DNA of 64,000 nucleotides from contig OZ218950.1 of the NCBI GenBank assembly GCA_965112735.1, positions 5,518,001-5,582,000 of the forward strand, read 5' to 3'. The notes below the pieces were generated by a model. It worked only from the letters and a program-made list of their open reading frames with translations, had not been told where the DNA came from and searched no databases. The translations under genes and the position numbers were made by a program. Position 1 is the first letter of the stretch; each line of letters starts with the position of its first letter. The stretch is from Phaeosaccion multiseriatum (taxonomy: Eukaryota; Protista; Ochrophyta, other classes). This document shows, piece after piece, positions 48,314 through 60,259 of this stretch.

Positions 48314-50932
48314 TCAGTCGACAAGGACCTGGAATTGCGCCACAACCGGGCGGTGGTCGCTGTGCCGGGAGTCAGGCACACTGAAGTAGTGCAGTAGCTT
48401 CACAGGACGAGCGTCCGGCAGCAGCAGGCGGCCCCTCCTCGATGCCAGGGAACCAGCAGCTACAGCTGGAGCGAAGAGAATGCGGTCCGTCCATGCTGGA
48501 ACTCTCATCTTCGCAGAAGGATCGAATACATCACCCCCCTTCTTGTATTTATACGTCGGAGGAAAGGTAATGCAACCTTCACTGAAGCCCAGGAAAGCAC
48601 TACCTGCGGGGTGTGGAGGGGAAGGGCGGGCGGGGGGCTTCAGCAGTGTGTTGACTGGCCCACAGCCCAAGGCTTCCCCGCCAAGTCTTGCGGCCTGGCA
48701 CACGTAAGGGACTGCGTCGGAGACGTATGACACATGCGACACAAGCGGGCTTGTTACCTCGGCTGCGTTGCACAGTGAGTTGATCGAAGTCCAGCAGCTG
48801 CTGGAAGGGAGAGGTGGCCGCTCTTTCAGCGTTTGCTGCGGAGACGCGCACAGAGAACAGGATTAGGCGCTGGCAGCGGAGTGGGCCATGGGGGGGCGGC
48901 GCGTATATCTGGCTTGATGGGGGGGGGGGGGGGGGTCCTGCTATCTGAGGCCGTTGTGCCATCCCTCAGGGGCCTCACTTACATTCGTCATCTGTGTCTG
49001 GCGGAGCGCGTGCGAGACAGTCTTCCACCCCCAACTCTACGTCCTCTCGAGAGAGGTCCACTCGGTAATTGAGATCACCAAAGAAGAAGCACCTGCCAGG
49101 CGTGGTACATGAGGGGACGAATGGGCAGTCTCCTGAGTGGCGTTAATACATCGAGGGAGGGGTGCGCAGTGGCGACTGAAGCAGCACCTGTCCACAATCT
49201 TCAGGAGAGATTCGTTCGCTCCAAGCAGCGTAGAGGTGGATCCCGTTCCGGCCTGGCCTTGACTCGTCTGTCGATCCGAAGTCGATCCCCCTCTTCCTTT
49301 CTGTGAGGATATCGTCAAGGACGATTCTTGACTTGCCCTCTTATCCTGTGCGAGGCGATGAAACGAACGAACGAGCAAATTCCTTTTAGTTTCATTATTT
49401 CCTTCTCCTCTCGTCAGCTGAGTTCTTACCCCAGCAAGGAGCTTCTTCCTCTTCCGCAGAGCATGCTTGACCCATGCCAGCGGAAGCTCTGCTTCTAACT
49501 CAGCCATGATACGCCAATAGTCAGCGTTCCTCTCAGCAACCTGTGCATAACGGCAGCAGCAGCAGATAAGCACATATCCATGAGAAGCTCAGCTTAGCTC
49601 CGTCGCATCCACGCTTACGCGCCAAGACTTATTCTCTACCTTACGCCTACCTTGCCCTGGTGAGCTGCCAGGTGCGCGCCGACGAGCAGTATGGTGGTCT
49701 TGTCCACTCGGAGAAATGCACCAACCCCGCCTTTGTTTTGGAGCACATTACCCACTCCGCACGCCACCTCGCTCATCTTCACCACCTGTTCAAATCATGT
49801 CGCAACGTCATTGTCACTACGCTGTCACGACGCGATGGGTATCAAGTGGTCAAGTCGGGGTCGTCACTGAATCGCAGCGCACCTTACACCGATGCACCAA
49901 CCGCCTCCTGCAAAACATTGAGAGGTGAATAGAGCCCAACACGTGGTGCCCCAAGCGCACCCAGTCTTTGCCGAGCGTTTTCTTGGTCAGTCTCCGCCAC
50001 TCCCGACTGCGGCTCCCTTCTTGCCGCCTTGCATTATTCGTATCACAACATCACGAGGGGGGGAAGGGCTCAGCACATTCGCACTGGAAAAGAAGGACGC
50101 AGTCGCCGCACAGACCAGCATCGCTATGCCTCACAGAACAACACGAGGGTGCTCACCGAGGCTTGAGATTCTCGATCTCCTGCACGCTGAGCACGACGAT
50201 GTCCGAGTCCCTAGCGAGTGTGTCGATGAATGCACAGTCCTTATGCGCTGGACTACTCTCTGCCATGTTCCACGTCACGATAGAAAGCCTTATACTCTTC
50301 TCTTCCTCTTCTAACTTTTGTCTTTCCTTCTCCTCCTCCAGCACAACTGCATCTTCTTCTCGACTCGCGGAGCCTCCGCCGCGATATTTAGACGCTCGTG
50401 TGTTGCCCGCTGTCGCGGTGCTGCGAGACTCCGAACCTAAACTCCGTTTGCTTGCCTCCTCCCCTCCTCCCCCCTCCTCGTCCACTGGGGCCTCCTCCCT
50501 CCGAACGTTCGCCCTCCGGCGAGCAGTCCTTGCCCCACCCTCTACAGGACTCGTATTCCACATCGCTCGCGCTGCCTGCGCCATTGAAAGCACGTCATCG
50601 TCCGCTGCCTTGTCTTGCCTGCGTCTCCGCCTCCCAGTGCGTTTCAGAGGGCGCACGGATGAACCTTCTGCTCGCCCGGCCTCTGCTGCTGCAGCTGCTG
50701 CCTCCACTGCTGCTGCTGGAGCTTCTCGCTGCTGCTGCCGCCGCTGCGGCAGCTCCTTCTGCTGTCCTCCTTTGTGTGAACCCGATGTCTCGCCCAAGAG
50801 TGAGAAGGGCCGGGAATGAGAGCGTTCTTGCATGCTCGACAAGGCTACATCTGGTGACTGCTGCAGCGTTGATCCAAGCACAACATAGAGGATGGGCTGC
50901 AGCAACACTGCTGCCGCCCTTACTCGCATCAT
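48314..50932 (-). CDS. Inositol polyphosphate 5-phosphatase (IPPc domain), multi-exon
   Basis: 'IVTWNMAE', 'DIVVLSVQE', 'LLDFDQL', 'FSEGCITFPPTYKY', 'RVPAWTDRILF', 'SDHRPV'. The start at MMRVRAAAVLL is uncertain. Confidence 0.88.
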
Positions 50933-51145
50933 GCTTTTCAACCCCCACGCGTTTGTGTGTGATTGACTGGATGTGGAGTTGGGTAAGGTCGCCATTTGGA
51001 GCAAATCAAGGAGGGGGAGGGGGAGCGGCTGCGCGGGACAAAGTAATCCGCTACTCTCGCTTTAAGGTTCTCGCTCTCGCTTTACGGATGGCGAAAATAC
51101 ATATCGAAAGGAGCGCAACACCTAGGGCGTAAGATCAGAGGCGTC

Positions 51146-52162
51146 ATGAATAGACAGCCACACCCTTTTGCAGCTGGGGGACGAGCCGCGCCCGCTTTTC
51201 CTGGCTCGAGTAAACGCCACTCTCAAGTGGCCCCCTCCTCCTCGACCTGTCTTCCTTTGGGGGTGAAGCGCTTGGAAGGGAGCCCCGACTTCGATGTGCT
51301 GGTGGGAAAGCGCCGTTGGGCTAGCAGCACGGCGCCAGCAGTAGAGGGCGGGGGGGTAATAAGAGCGAATGGGGATGATCTCATGCTGATAGTGCTTTCC
51401 CCAGGCCAGCTTGATATAACCATTGGGCTGAGGCCCCTGCAGCTATCTTCCGTGCTCTCTCTACTTTTGGTCTCTCTTCTCTCGGCGGTGGTACGAGGAA
51501 CACCGCTAGACTGGCCCTTACTCGGCGTACCCTTCGCCAGTCGGTAAGTGAATCACGCATATAATGATCAAGCCTTGCAACGACAAGATTACGAGTTTAT
51601 GAGCTGATCCATGCCTAACCCCCACCCGAGCAGCTTCATAGGAGGATTTGTCCTTGCCATCGCTCTCCGCTGTCGCCTCCGGCTGGCGCGAGACTCCGAC
51701 GCCTCGTGGGGCAGCAGGTGGGGGTTACTGCTCGTGGGCTTCGCCGCGGTTTGGCTTGGCGTGCAAGTGGCGATAGGTTGTCTCCTGGCTTCGCCTTTTG
51801 TGGTGAGTGGAGCGAGTCTGAGCAAGGGGACCCACCGCAAGAGTCAGTAAGGAAGGGTGGGTTGCGGTGCAGGCTATCCAAAGCGTGGTCTGCGCTGGCT
51901 TCCCTCTGTCTGTCTTGTCTGCTTTCCTCGAAAGTACGGACAGTCTTGTTGCTCACTCTTACCAGAGTACACGGCTCGTGCCCCTCCTATCCTATCTGCG
52001 TCATGGCGTGTCGACCACTTGCAGGTGTACCGAAAGCGACCCGTCAAGGTGGATGTCCAGCCGAGTCAGGACGCCTCATTCCAGCTGCAGCAGCAGCAAG
52101 AGCGTCGGCAGCAGGAGCAGGCAAATGGCCCCATGTATGACTGGGGCAAAAAGGCCCTTTGA
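51146..52162 (+). CDS. Hypothetical membrane protein (about 3 TM helices, 3 exons)
   Basis: Three ORF pieces join through GT-AG introns (~51544-51633, ~51802-52024) into a protein with hydrophobic stretches and the tail 'QQQQERRQQEQANGPMYDWGKKAL*'. No family recognised. Confidence 0.5.
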
Positions 52163-52497
52163 AGGGTTCTTTGCTAACTTGTTACATCCAAGAGAAGCGA
52201 GGACGGCGGAGCCCATGTCATCTTCCGGCTTATACCAGAGCTTTCATTGTAATGGTCACTCGGGCTTCGCTGCAAGCCTGGCCCTGTGACCGATGCTCGC
52301 GTCGTGGAGACGAAGAGACTGGGTATCGCGGTGGTTCACTGAGGCTCGCCTCCCCTCCCTTCCTCCACCCGAGCCGCGGCCGCAGACCGGACAGGAAGGG
52401 CTCGGTCGACAGCCCCCGTCGTCCTTACTCTCTGCCTTCCCATGTGAGAACGTAAAGCAATGCTTACGTTGCGGACAGAGGCATCTGCGCTACCTCC

Positions 52498-53096
52498 TCA
52501 TACAGCCAGGATGTGCCCCTTCTTGTGAATCAAGCCCACAGCCAGCGCGAAGATGATCCAGTTTCTGCACTGCATGGTCACGCCGAAGCTCCGCTGGGCC
52601 CCTGTCGATAGCTGGGCACAACAGCGGGGTGTGTGCAAGCGCAAAGTGTGGAGGAAGATTATTAGAGACATTTCAGCAGGGCTTTAGATCACTGGTGACG
52701 CGAACAAATACAGCCAGGGGGCATGCATTAGAAAGCCTCAAATGTGCGACGAATGAAACCTCCCCTCCCACTCGAGAGACCCCACCAGATGAAGAGAGTC
52801 GCACCCTTCCTCCTCCCTCACCGACAGAGCGGTCTTCCAAAAGATGCCGGCCTCCTTCGGCTCCTTCACGGCCGAGTTGGCCTTCAGAGCACTCTTCTTC
52901 CTTTGGCCGTCCTTCCGTCTCAGATTTCGACTTGCGTTCTTCGCCATACCCTCGAGTTCCTGCGTTGCATGCATAGCAGAGGGGAGGGTGAAAGGGGTTA
53001 GAGATGCCAAGTGCTGTAGTGGCGGAAGCAACGCTTGAACATGCAAGCAAGACTTGTTGGAACGAGGAGGTAAAACGCACACGTCACAGCATAAAG

Positions 53097-53135
<39 letters not shown>

Positions 53136-54473
53136 ACGTTTGTCTCCACCCACCTGCAGTCTATTCTCGGTCTCAGTCACGTTCCTGCCGGCGGCTTCGA
53201 GGGCCTGTGTCAACTGGAACATCTCCTCATCAGAAACAGGACCGACCGACGCTGAATGCTCCAATGATGCCGTGAACGCCACCCCATCTTTCTGCTGCAC
53301 CTGGTCGGCTGAGCCAATCACAACTGCTGAGAAATCCACGTGCACAAAGCTACCATCTGAAGGGTCTGCTGCTGCGTCGCTCTCTCCACTTTGGGCCCCT
53401 TCCTCTGGTTCACTGGGCTCAGTTTGCAGCAGGCCTTCCTCAGCCACAACCTCCGCAGCCGCTACCGCCGCTTCGTCCACCACAGCATTACTCTCTTGCA
53501 CACCTCCTACCTCCTGCTGCTCCAGTGCTTCCTCAAACCTATCTTCTTCTTCCGTATTCTCTGCCTGAGCTTCCTCCTCCGCCTCCGCCCCGGCCTCCTC
53601 CTCCGCCTCGACCTTCTCCTCCTCCTCGGCCTCCGCCTCGTCCTTCACCACCTCCTCAGCCTCGACCTTCTCCTCCTCCTCGGCCCCCGCCTCGTCCTTC
53701 ACCACCTCCTCAGCCTCGACCTTCTCCTCCTCCTCGGCCTCCGCCTCGTCCTTCACCCCCTCCTCTTCGTCCTTCACCGCCTCGCTTTCCTCATTCACCA
53801 CCTCTTCCTCCTTCTCCGCCTCCACCACCACCTCCTCATCATCCTTCTTCACTTCGTCCTCTCTTGCCTCCTCCAGTGCTGCGCTGCCACCATTTGCCAG
53901 CTCTTCGCTGGCCCCTGCTGCTGAAGCTGTAGCTATCGCTGCCAATGCCGTTGTCATCTTGCCTCCTTCAAAGACGAGACCACCAAACTCTTCTCCGACA
54001 AGCGCAAAAGTGAGTTTCTCCCCCACCGTGCAGGAGAGTGATGCAGCGCCATTAAGCACAGCGTCGGCAGGCTCCACTCTGACCGTCCGCACGGATACGC
54101 TAGTCTCCTCCAGAACAGTCACGGTCAGAGTCTTACCTGAGAGGGAGCGAGGAGAGGGGGGCAGAGGAGGAAGACGACGACAACAGCAGGACGGGGCAGT
54201 CAGATACACGCCGCCCACTGACTCAATGAAGTAAGAGTGAATTTAGACGGGGACCAGGGACGGACGGGGACCTATTGCACCCAGCCGGGTAAGCCTCGCT
54301 CTCCCAAGCTTACCTGGAGAACCGCTGCTGCTATCTCCGCTTGCGTCGGCTTTGCTGAGCGCGGCCATGCTCTCGTCGAAGGTCTTCTTAGCCTCCGCGT
54401 GGTCCTGCTTGGCTCTCTCCAGCAGCGCGGGAAGGTCCCCAGCCCCACCCCCTCCTATAACCATTTCTGCCAT
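52498..54473 (-). CDS. Hypothetical Glu-rich/coiled-coil protein with C-terminal hydrophobic tail anchor
   Basis: ATG 54473 'MAEMVIGGGGAGDLPALLERAKQ', a large acidic exon 53156-54137, and a last exon 'RNWIIFALAVGLIHKKGHILAV*' ending at 52498. Confidence 0.6.
53590..53755 (-). repeat. Coding 54-bp tandem repeat x3 (DEAEAEEEEKVEAEEVVK)
   Basis: Visible in the DNA and in ORF 52998-54218. Confidence 0.85.
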
Positions 54474-54921
54474 TCGAATGCGTTGGGCGCTGGAAGAATG
54501 TCCCCTTGCTTGCTCTGATCTTGGCCAAGGGCCAGGCAAGGCCAGGAAGCGGGCGACCTCCATCAAACTGAAACTCACGCATTTGAAGGGGGCATTCGCC
54601 TTCAAACAAAACAAACAGGGGACATTTGTAGATAGAGGCAGACAAGCGAGACTGCGCGACCTGAAAGCGTTGGGTTGGCACAGAAGTATTGGATCGATCT
54701 CTTGATTGATACAGCTCCCCTCCCAAGGTCTCTACTAAACTGAAAGTTGAGGAGCCTTGGGCACACCCAGCTTTGAAGGGTGTGTGGCCACTGCCGGCTG
54801 CTGTGGCGTTCGGGGGAGCAGAGAAGGAGGGAGAGCAGGGACAGGAGGTGGCTCAAAAAGCGCTCCTACAGCAAGTTGAAGGGACCTCTTGCCCCCCAAT
54901 TGGGGTGTGCATGGTCAAGCG

Positions 54922-57677
54922 ATGGAGATGAGTCTCTCCACTCAGGAGCACCACCCTTCGCAATCCTCCCTCGAGGAGCCTCTCTACGATGAGTCGCACA
55001 CGCAAATTGACCCCATCGACTCTCAGCTGGAGTACTCGGGCCACACAATGGAGGATGACGAAGAAGGAGAGGCTGAGAGTGAAAGCTGGGGGCAACTAAT
55101 TCCCAACGTGGACAAAGTGGATCACGTAGATCTCCTACCCACTGAGGAGAAGCTTGGCAATCCCATGAATGAGGTACGTCACCAGCCGGGGCAAGTGTTG
55201 TAGTGCCAATACTTGTCGGGGGAAGGCCCATACAAATCCTCCTGTGGCGGCCTTTGAACAATTCATTCGTCTAGGCCTGTGCTGAACTCGGCCCTCTTCC
55301 TCTTCTTTGCTCCCGCTAGGTATGGATAGGTCGCAGTAAAGTGTGCCTCGTGCGTGTGGACAATCAGTTGGTGAGCTCAATGCACTGCCGAATCTATTGC
55401 GAGCTTGCCACTGGAGCACTGATCTCCGACGGCATGCTCGAGGTGTATGTTGAAGATCGAAGCTCCAATGGGACTTGGGTAAGTTAAGCTGCAGCGAGAG
55501 CCACCTTCGGCCTAGGGGAGGCTCCAGATCCTTCCCCAATTCGCTCTCTTTGTGATAAATCTCTCTCTCTCTCTCTCACACACACACCCTCTCTGTCTAT
55601 TACGTGCGCAGGTCAACAATCAGCGCCTATTGAAGAACAGAAGGCGGCAGCTTAGCAGCGGGGATGAGATCACGCTTCTCAACCCAGATAGACGGAGGTC
55701 GGAGATAAAGCAGATGACCTCTGAGAACAAGGCCACCTCCTTTACTTTCTTACTCAAGCGCCAGCGCAGCAAGCAGCCCCTGCGGTCTTTCTCTCGCTTG
55801 GGTGGTATGTCTGCTGGCGTGGAGGCTGGGAGTAGCGCAAGTGGCAACAAGCAAGGCTCGTCTGTGTTCTTTAACAAGCTCTCTGCAGTGTCAGGGATGT
55901 CTCTGTCCCACCCAGCGGACAACAACGGTGCGGGCAGTAGCCCCCCCACCACTCGCAGCGCCTCCGTTTGCTTCGGCAACATACACGCGGAGTACGACAT
56001 GCGGCAGGTCATTGGCAACGGCACGTGCGGCGAGGTGCGCAGGGCAGTCAACCGCTCCACCGGCAAGCATGTGGCGGTGAAGGTCATTCAGACCAAGAAG
56101 TTCAGCCTCATCCCGGGCCTCACGCAGGAGGAGCTTGCACAAGAGGCGGACATGCTGAAGGCGGTTAAACATCCCTACATCATCCAGCTGGAGAAGTTCT
56201 TTAAACAGGACAGCACGCTCTACCTCGTCATGGAGCTCGTAGAAGGGGGCGATTTATTTGACCGCATCGTAGAGAGGGGAAAGTTCCCCGAGACGGTTTC
56301 GAGCGACATAATGTTCCGCGTGCTGACGGCAGTGTCGTACCTTCACGGCAAGGACATCATCCACCGAGACCTCAAGCCCGAGAACATTCTCATGGTGTCC
56401 AAGGAGAACGACGTCGAGGTGGGTGTAGGAGGGGATGAGTATGCTGTGCGCACTCCAACCCTCAGTGTACAGCCCCCCTGACCGCCGGGGGACAGCGCGA
56501 TCTCCTCTCTGCCGCGTTGGTGTTGGTTTTGAATGTCCCTGGCGTGTTGGTGCTACGGGTCTTGCTTGTATTGCAGTGTCCATTCTGCTCCTCCCGTGGC
56601 ATCCTCCAGAGAGGCCTGTTCCCCTATATCCGTGCGAGCTCTGACACATGCACGTCCCTATGTACGTACCGCTCCTTACTAACCACACCTGCTTGCTTTT
56701 GAAGGTGAAAATCACTGACTTCGGGCTGGCCAAGAGAGCCAACAGCGACGGCCTCAAGACCTTTTGCGGCACTCCACAGTACTTCGCGCCAGAGGTACTC
56801 AAGCGACGAAACACAGTGCGAGGGGCAGGGAGGTACGTGTGGACGAAGAGTCCTTTACCTAGCCATTTGTGAGAGAAGGAATCGGCGAATTCGAACATAC
56901 TGCACCGCTTTTCACCGGGTTGGAGGACCCTCCCTTGTCGGTTTCAGCTCTGATGAAACGCCTCTCCCCTGCGCGGTGCGTGCTTTCTCAATGCCTCCCC
57001 CTGCCTGCTTCCCTCTCCACCTTTCCCCTCTCCCCTCCTCCCTCTGGCAGGTACGGCAAAGGAGCGGACATGTGGTCCCTGGGAGTGATCCTTTACATCC
57101 TCCTCTCAGGCACGCACCCTTTCCACGAGGCCACTTTGTACGACCAGATTGCCGGCGCGTGGTACAGCATGGCAGGGCCGGAGTGGGACAACATCAGTGA
57201 GGACGCAAAGGATTTGGTCAAGAAGCTGCTGGTCAAAAACGTTACGGAGAGACTCAGCGCGGAAGAGGCATTGGCCCATCCCTTCATTTCAAAGAGGAAG
57301 CGCATACTAGGGTGGGGGGAGGGGACAGGAAGAGAGAAAGTGGGTGGTGCAAACAACGGCAAGAAGGAAGAGAAGCTTGACGCTACCGCCCCTGCTTCGG
57401 GGCATGCCTCCATGCCAGCGCCCCCGACCCCTGCGCCCCCAGTGGCGGGCTCGGCCAAGTTAACTCCTGAGCACGACCCACAGCTGGGACTATCCTCCTC
57501 CAGATCAAGAGCAGGTACGTACCTACCTGCCTACCTGCCTACCTACCTACCTACCTACCTACCTACCTACCTACCTACCTACCTACCTACCTACCTAGCT
57601 ACCTAGCTACCTACCTACCTACCTACCTACCTGCCTGCCTGCCTACCTACCTACCTACCGGCCTGCCTACCTACCCA

Positions 57678-57712
<35 letters not shown>

Positions 57713-59343
57713 ACCCACCTACGTACCTACCTACCTACCTACCTTCGAACTGCGCGCGATCTCCTGTCTCTGTGCCTTCCACCATATGCCTACTTGCCTT
57801 CTGACGTGAATACCGCAATGCAATGGCTTCGTTCCGTCTCTTTTCAGGCGGGAAAGCCAAGGCCAAGGGACAGGCCGGGCAAGCCCCTGTCGATGCATCA
57901 TCAACATCATCGAGTGAGGTGAGTCCGAGGCTCTCTGCTTAGGGAGACACCATCCCCTGTCCCTTTTGCCGTCCAGCTGCTGCTGTGGCATTCCTCTGCG
58001 CCTCCTTTTTCATCGCCCCTTTTGGCCCCTCTTTGTCGTCCCACCTAACCATCCCACGATTTTGGCCTTTGCAAGCGTCATCGTCCTTCCTCTTGTCTTC
58101 ATTCATCGTCATCCGCATATCGATCACGGCATCGCTCATTTCACGTTGTCTATCGCTTCATCTGTCGAATTGCCGTGCTCTCTCCACCCACTTGAACAAA
58201 GCCCAAGGCTAGAGCCGGGAAGGGCAAGAAGGGGCAACAGCAGCAGCAGCAGCTGACTCTTGACGAGGACAGTGGTGTGAGTCCGCTTAACTTCAGTGGC
58301 CTGCCTAAGGTGAGCGCCCGGAGGTTCGTGGTGCTCATTACTGCTTCTAGGCATCGTACAGACAGAGCACCAACCACCCTCTTGGCTCCTCTCTTTTGTA
58401 CTCACTCTTGGGTGTGTTTTGTTGCAACTCTGCTCTTATTACTGTACGGTCGTAGATGTTGGCAAAGGACAAGGCTGCAGCTGTGACGAAGGCTACCAAG
58501 GCCTCCACCAAGGCCCAGAAAGCCGCCGGGAGGAAAGGCAACAGTAGCAGGTGAGCCTCAGAGTGCTGAGCGCAGGCGTGAGGACCTCATAAGAGAGCCC
58601 CACCAACCCACAACTTCAACTTGCATCTTCCACGTCGCCCCTCGTCTCTCACTCATTTGTATTCCCTCTCCCTGAAACGCCTGCTCTGTCTGCAACACCC
58701 TTCCATGCACAGACCTTCTCCTTCTCCTTCTGCGATGGAGATAGACACCTCGCAGGGGGGGATGGTGGAAGACGACATTGATGAGTACAGCAGCGACGAA
58801 GGGGCAGCGGCAGGGGGGGGGGCTGTTGAGGAAGAGGAGAATGGTGCCCCTGGAACTGGCTCCAAGCGTGAGAAGGGGAAGAGCCAACGGAAAGGAGGAG
58901 GAGGAGGAGGAGGAGGAGGAGGAGGGGAAGAGTCGGGTCCTTCCCCTTCTTTGCGAGGGGGCGCTGGAGCTGGAGCCCAAGAAAAGGGGACGAGGGGCAA
59001 GAAGAGAGGGAGGGAAGAGCGACCCCGCGGTGGGACTTTGGAGGCCCTCGACGCTCTTTCGCTGCGAGGGGGGGGGGCGGCGTCAGACCACGAGTCGCCA
59101 GCGAAGAAGAGCACGGCCCGGAAAAGTGCTCCCTCCGAACCACCCGCGGCAAAGGGGAAGGCAGGGAAGGGGCGCGGAAAAGGGAAGCTCGAAAGCACAC
59201 CAGAGTCGGGAGATGGAAAGACGAACGGAATAAAAGCAGGCGGAGGCGGCAAGGGTGGTGCTGGGAGCGACGACGTGGGAAAGGAGACGAAAAGGAAGGC
59301 AGCAACTCCCCAGCGGACTTTGACGGCTCTGTTCAAGCGCTAA
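54922..59343 (+). CDS. CHEK2: CHK2/Cds1-like checkpoint kinase (SQ/TQ cluster, FHA domain, CaMK-group kinase, long basic C-terminal tail)
   Basis: N-terminal STQ/SQ/TQ sites and 'WGQL'. FHA exon 55320-55478 'IGRSKVC...VSSMHCRIY...[10 protein letters not shown]'. Kinase motifs 'IGNGTCGEV', 'VAVK', 'HRDLKPEN', 'ITDFGLAK', '[12 protein letters not shown]', '[10 protein letters not shown]'. The tail exons splice in frame to a stop at 59343. Confidence 0.85.
57517..57745. repeat. (CCTA/CCTG)n microsatellite in CHK2-like intron
   Basis: Directly visible; begins right after the donor GTACGT. Confidence 0.9.
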
Positions 59344-59804
59344 GTGGCGGTGCTGCTTCTTGCGGCTCGTCGCATATCTTTTCTTTCCTTACTCTTTCTT
59401 AATCTTACTTAATCTTGCTCAGCTGTTTTTTAAAAGCTAATGAAAAATCGTACCCTCTTCATTCCTCTCGTCTATCTGGTGTCCCCACCAGCACCACGTG
59501 GCCAAGACACAAATGTGCCTCCTCGGCGAAGGGAGCTGCAAGTGACCGAACGAGAGACATGGCCAACAGAGACCCAAGCAGCATGACCAACTCCCTCCCT
59601 CCCCACGCGTGTATGGCAGCAAAAAGCCCCCCCTCCCTCCCCCCCCCCTTCTGTGCCTTGTCTCTTTCGTCCAAACAGCCCAGCGCGAATACGTAGAGTT
59701 AAGTAGATGGGTAGGTCGGCTCGGAGCCAGACTGGAGCCCCGCAAGAACAAGGGACAAGGACAAGGACAAGGACAAAAAAAAAAGGCAAGGGCAGGGGCA
59801 AGTC

Positions 59805-60218
59805 TCACGCCTTGACTTCAGCAACCTCCCCGCCTGTCGTCACGAGCCCGCTCCCAGCGCCCTCCTCTACAGTAGTTGGGACGTCATCAGTGGCCTGAGC
59901 CGGCGCCCCCGCCCCCCCCTCGTTAGCAGTGGCCAGGCCATCCTCTTGGCTGGTGCTGGTGCTGCTGCTGCTGCTATCGTCAGCCTCTGCAAAGGCCATG
60001 GCCCCGATTTCTCTGGCAATATCAAAGGTCGCTTTGGGCTTGCCGTGCCTCAGGGCAGCGAGGGACATTTGCTTGAGGAGCTCCGGGTCACCCAGCCACG
60101 TTGCTACCTTCTCTGCGATGACCTGTACGCAGCGTGCAGAGGGGGGGGGGGAGAGCCAGAGGGGTTTGGAACAGAGGCCCGGAGGCGAACAGCCCAGGCA
60201 GACAAGGACAAAAGAGAC

Positions 60219-60259
<41 letters not shown>

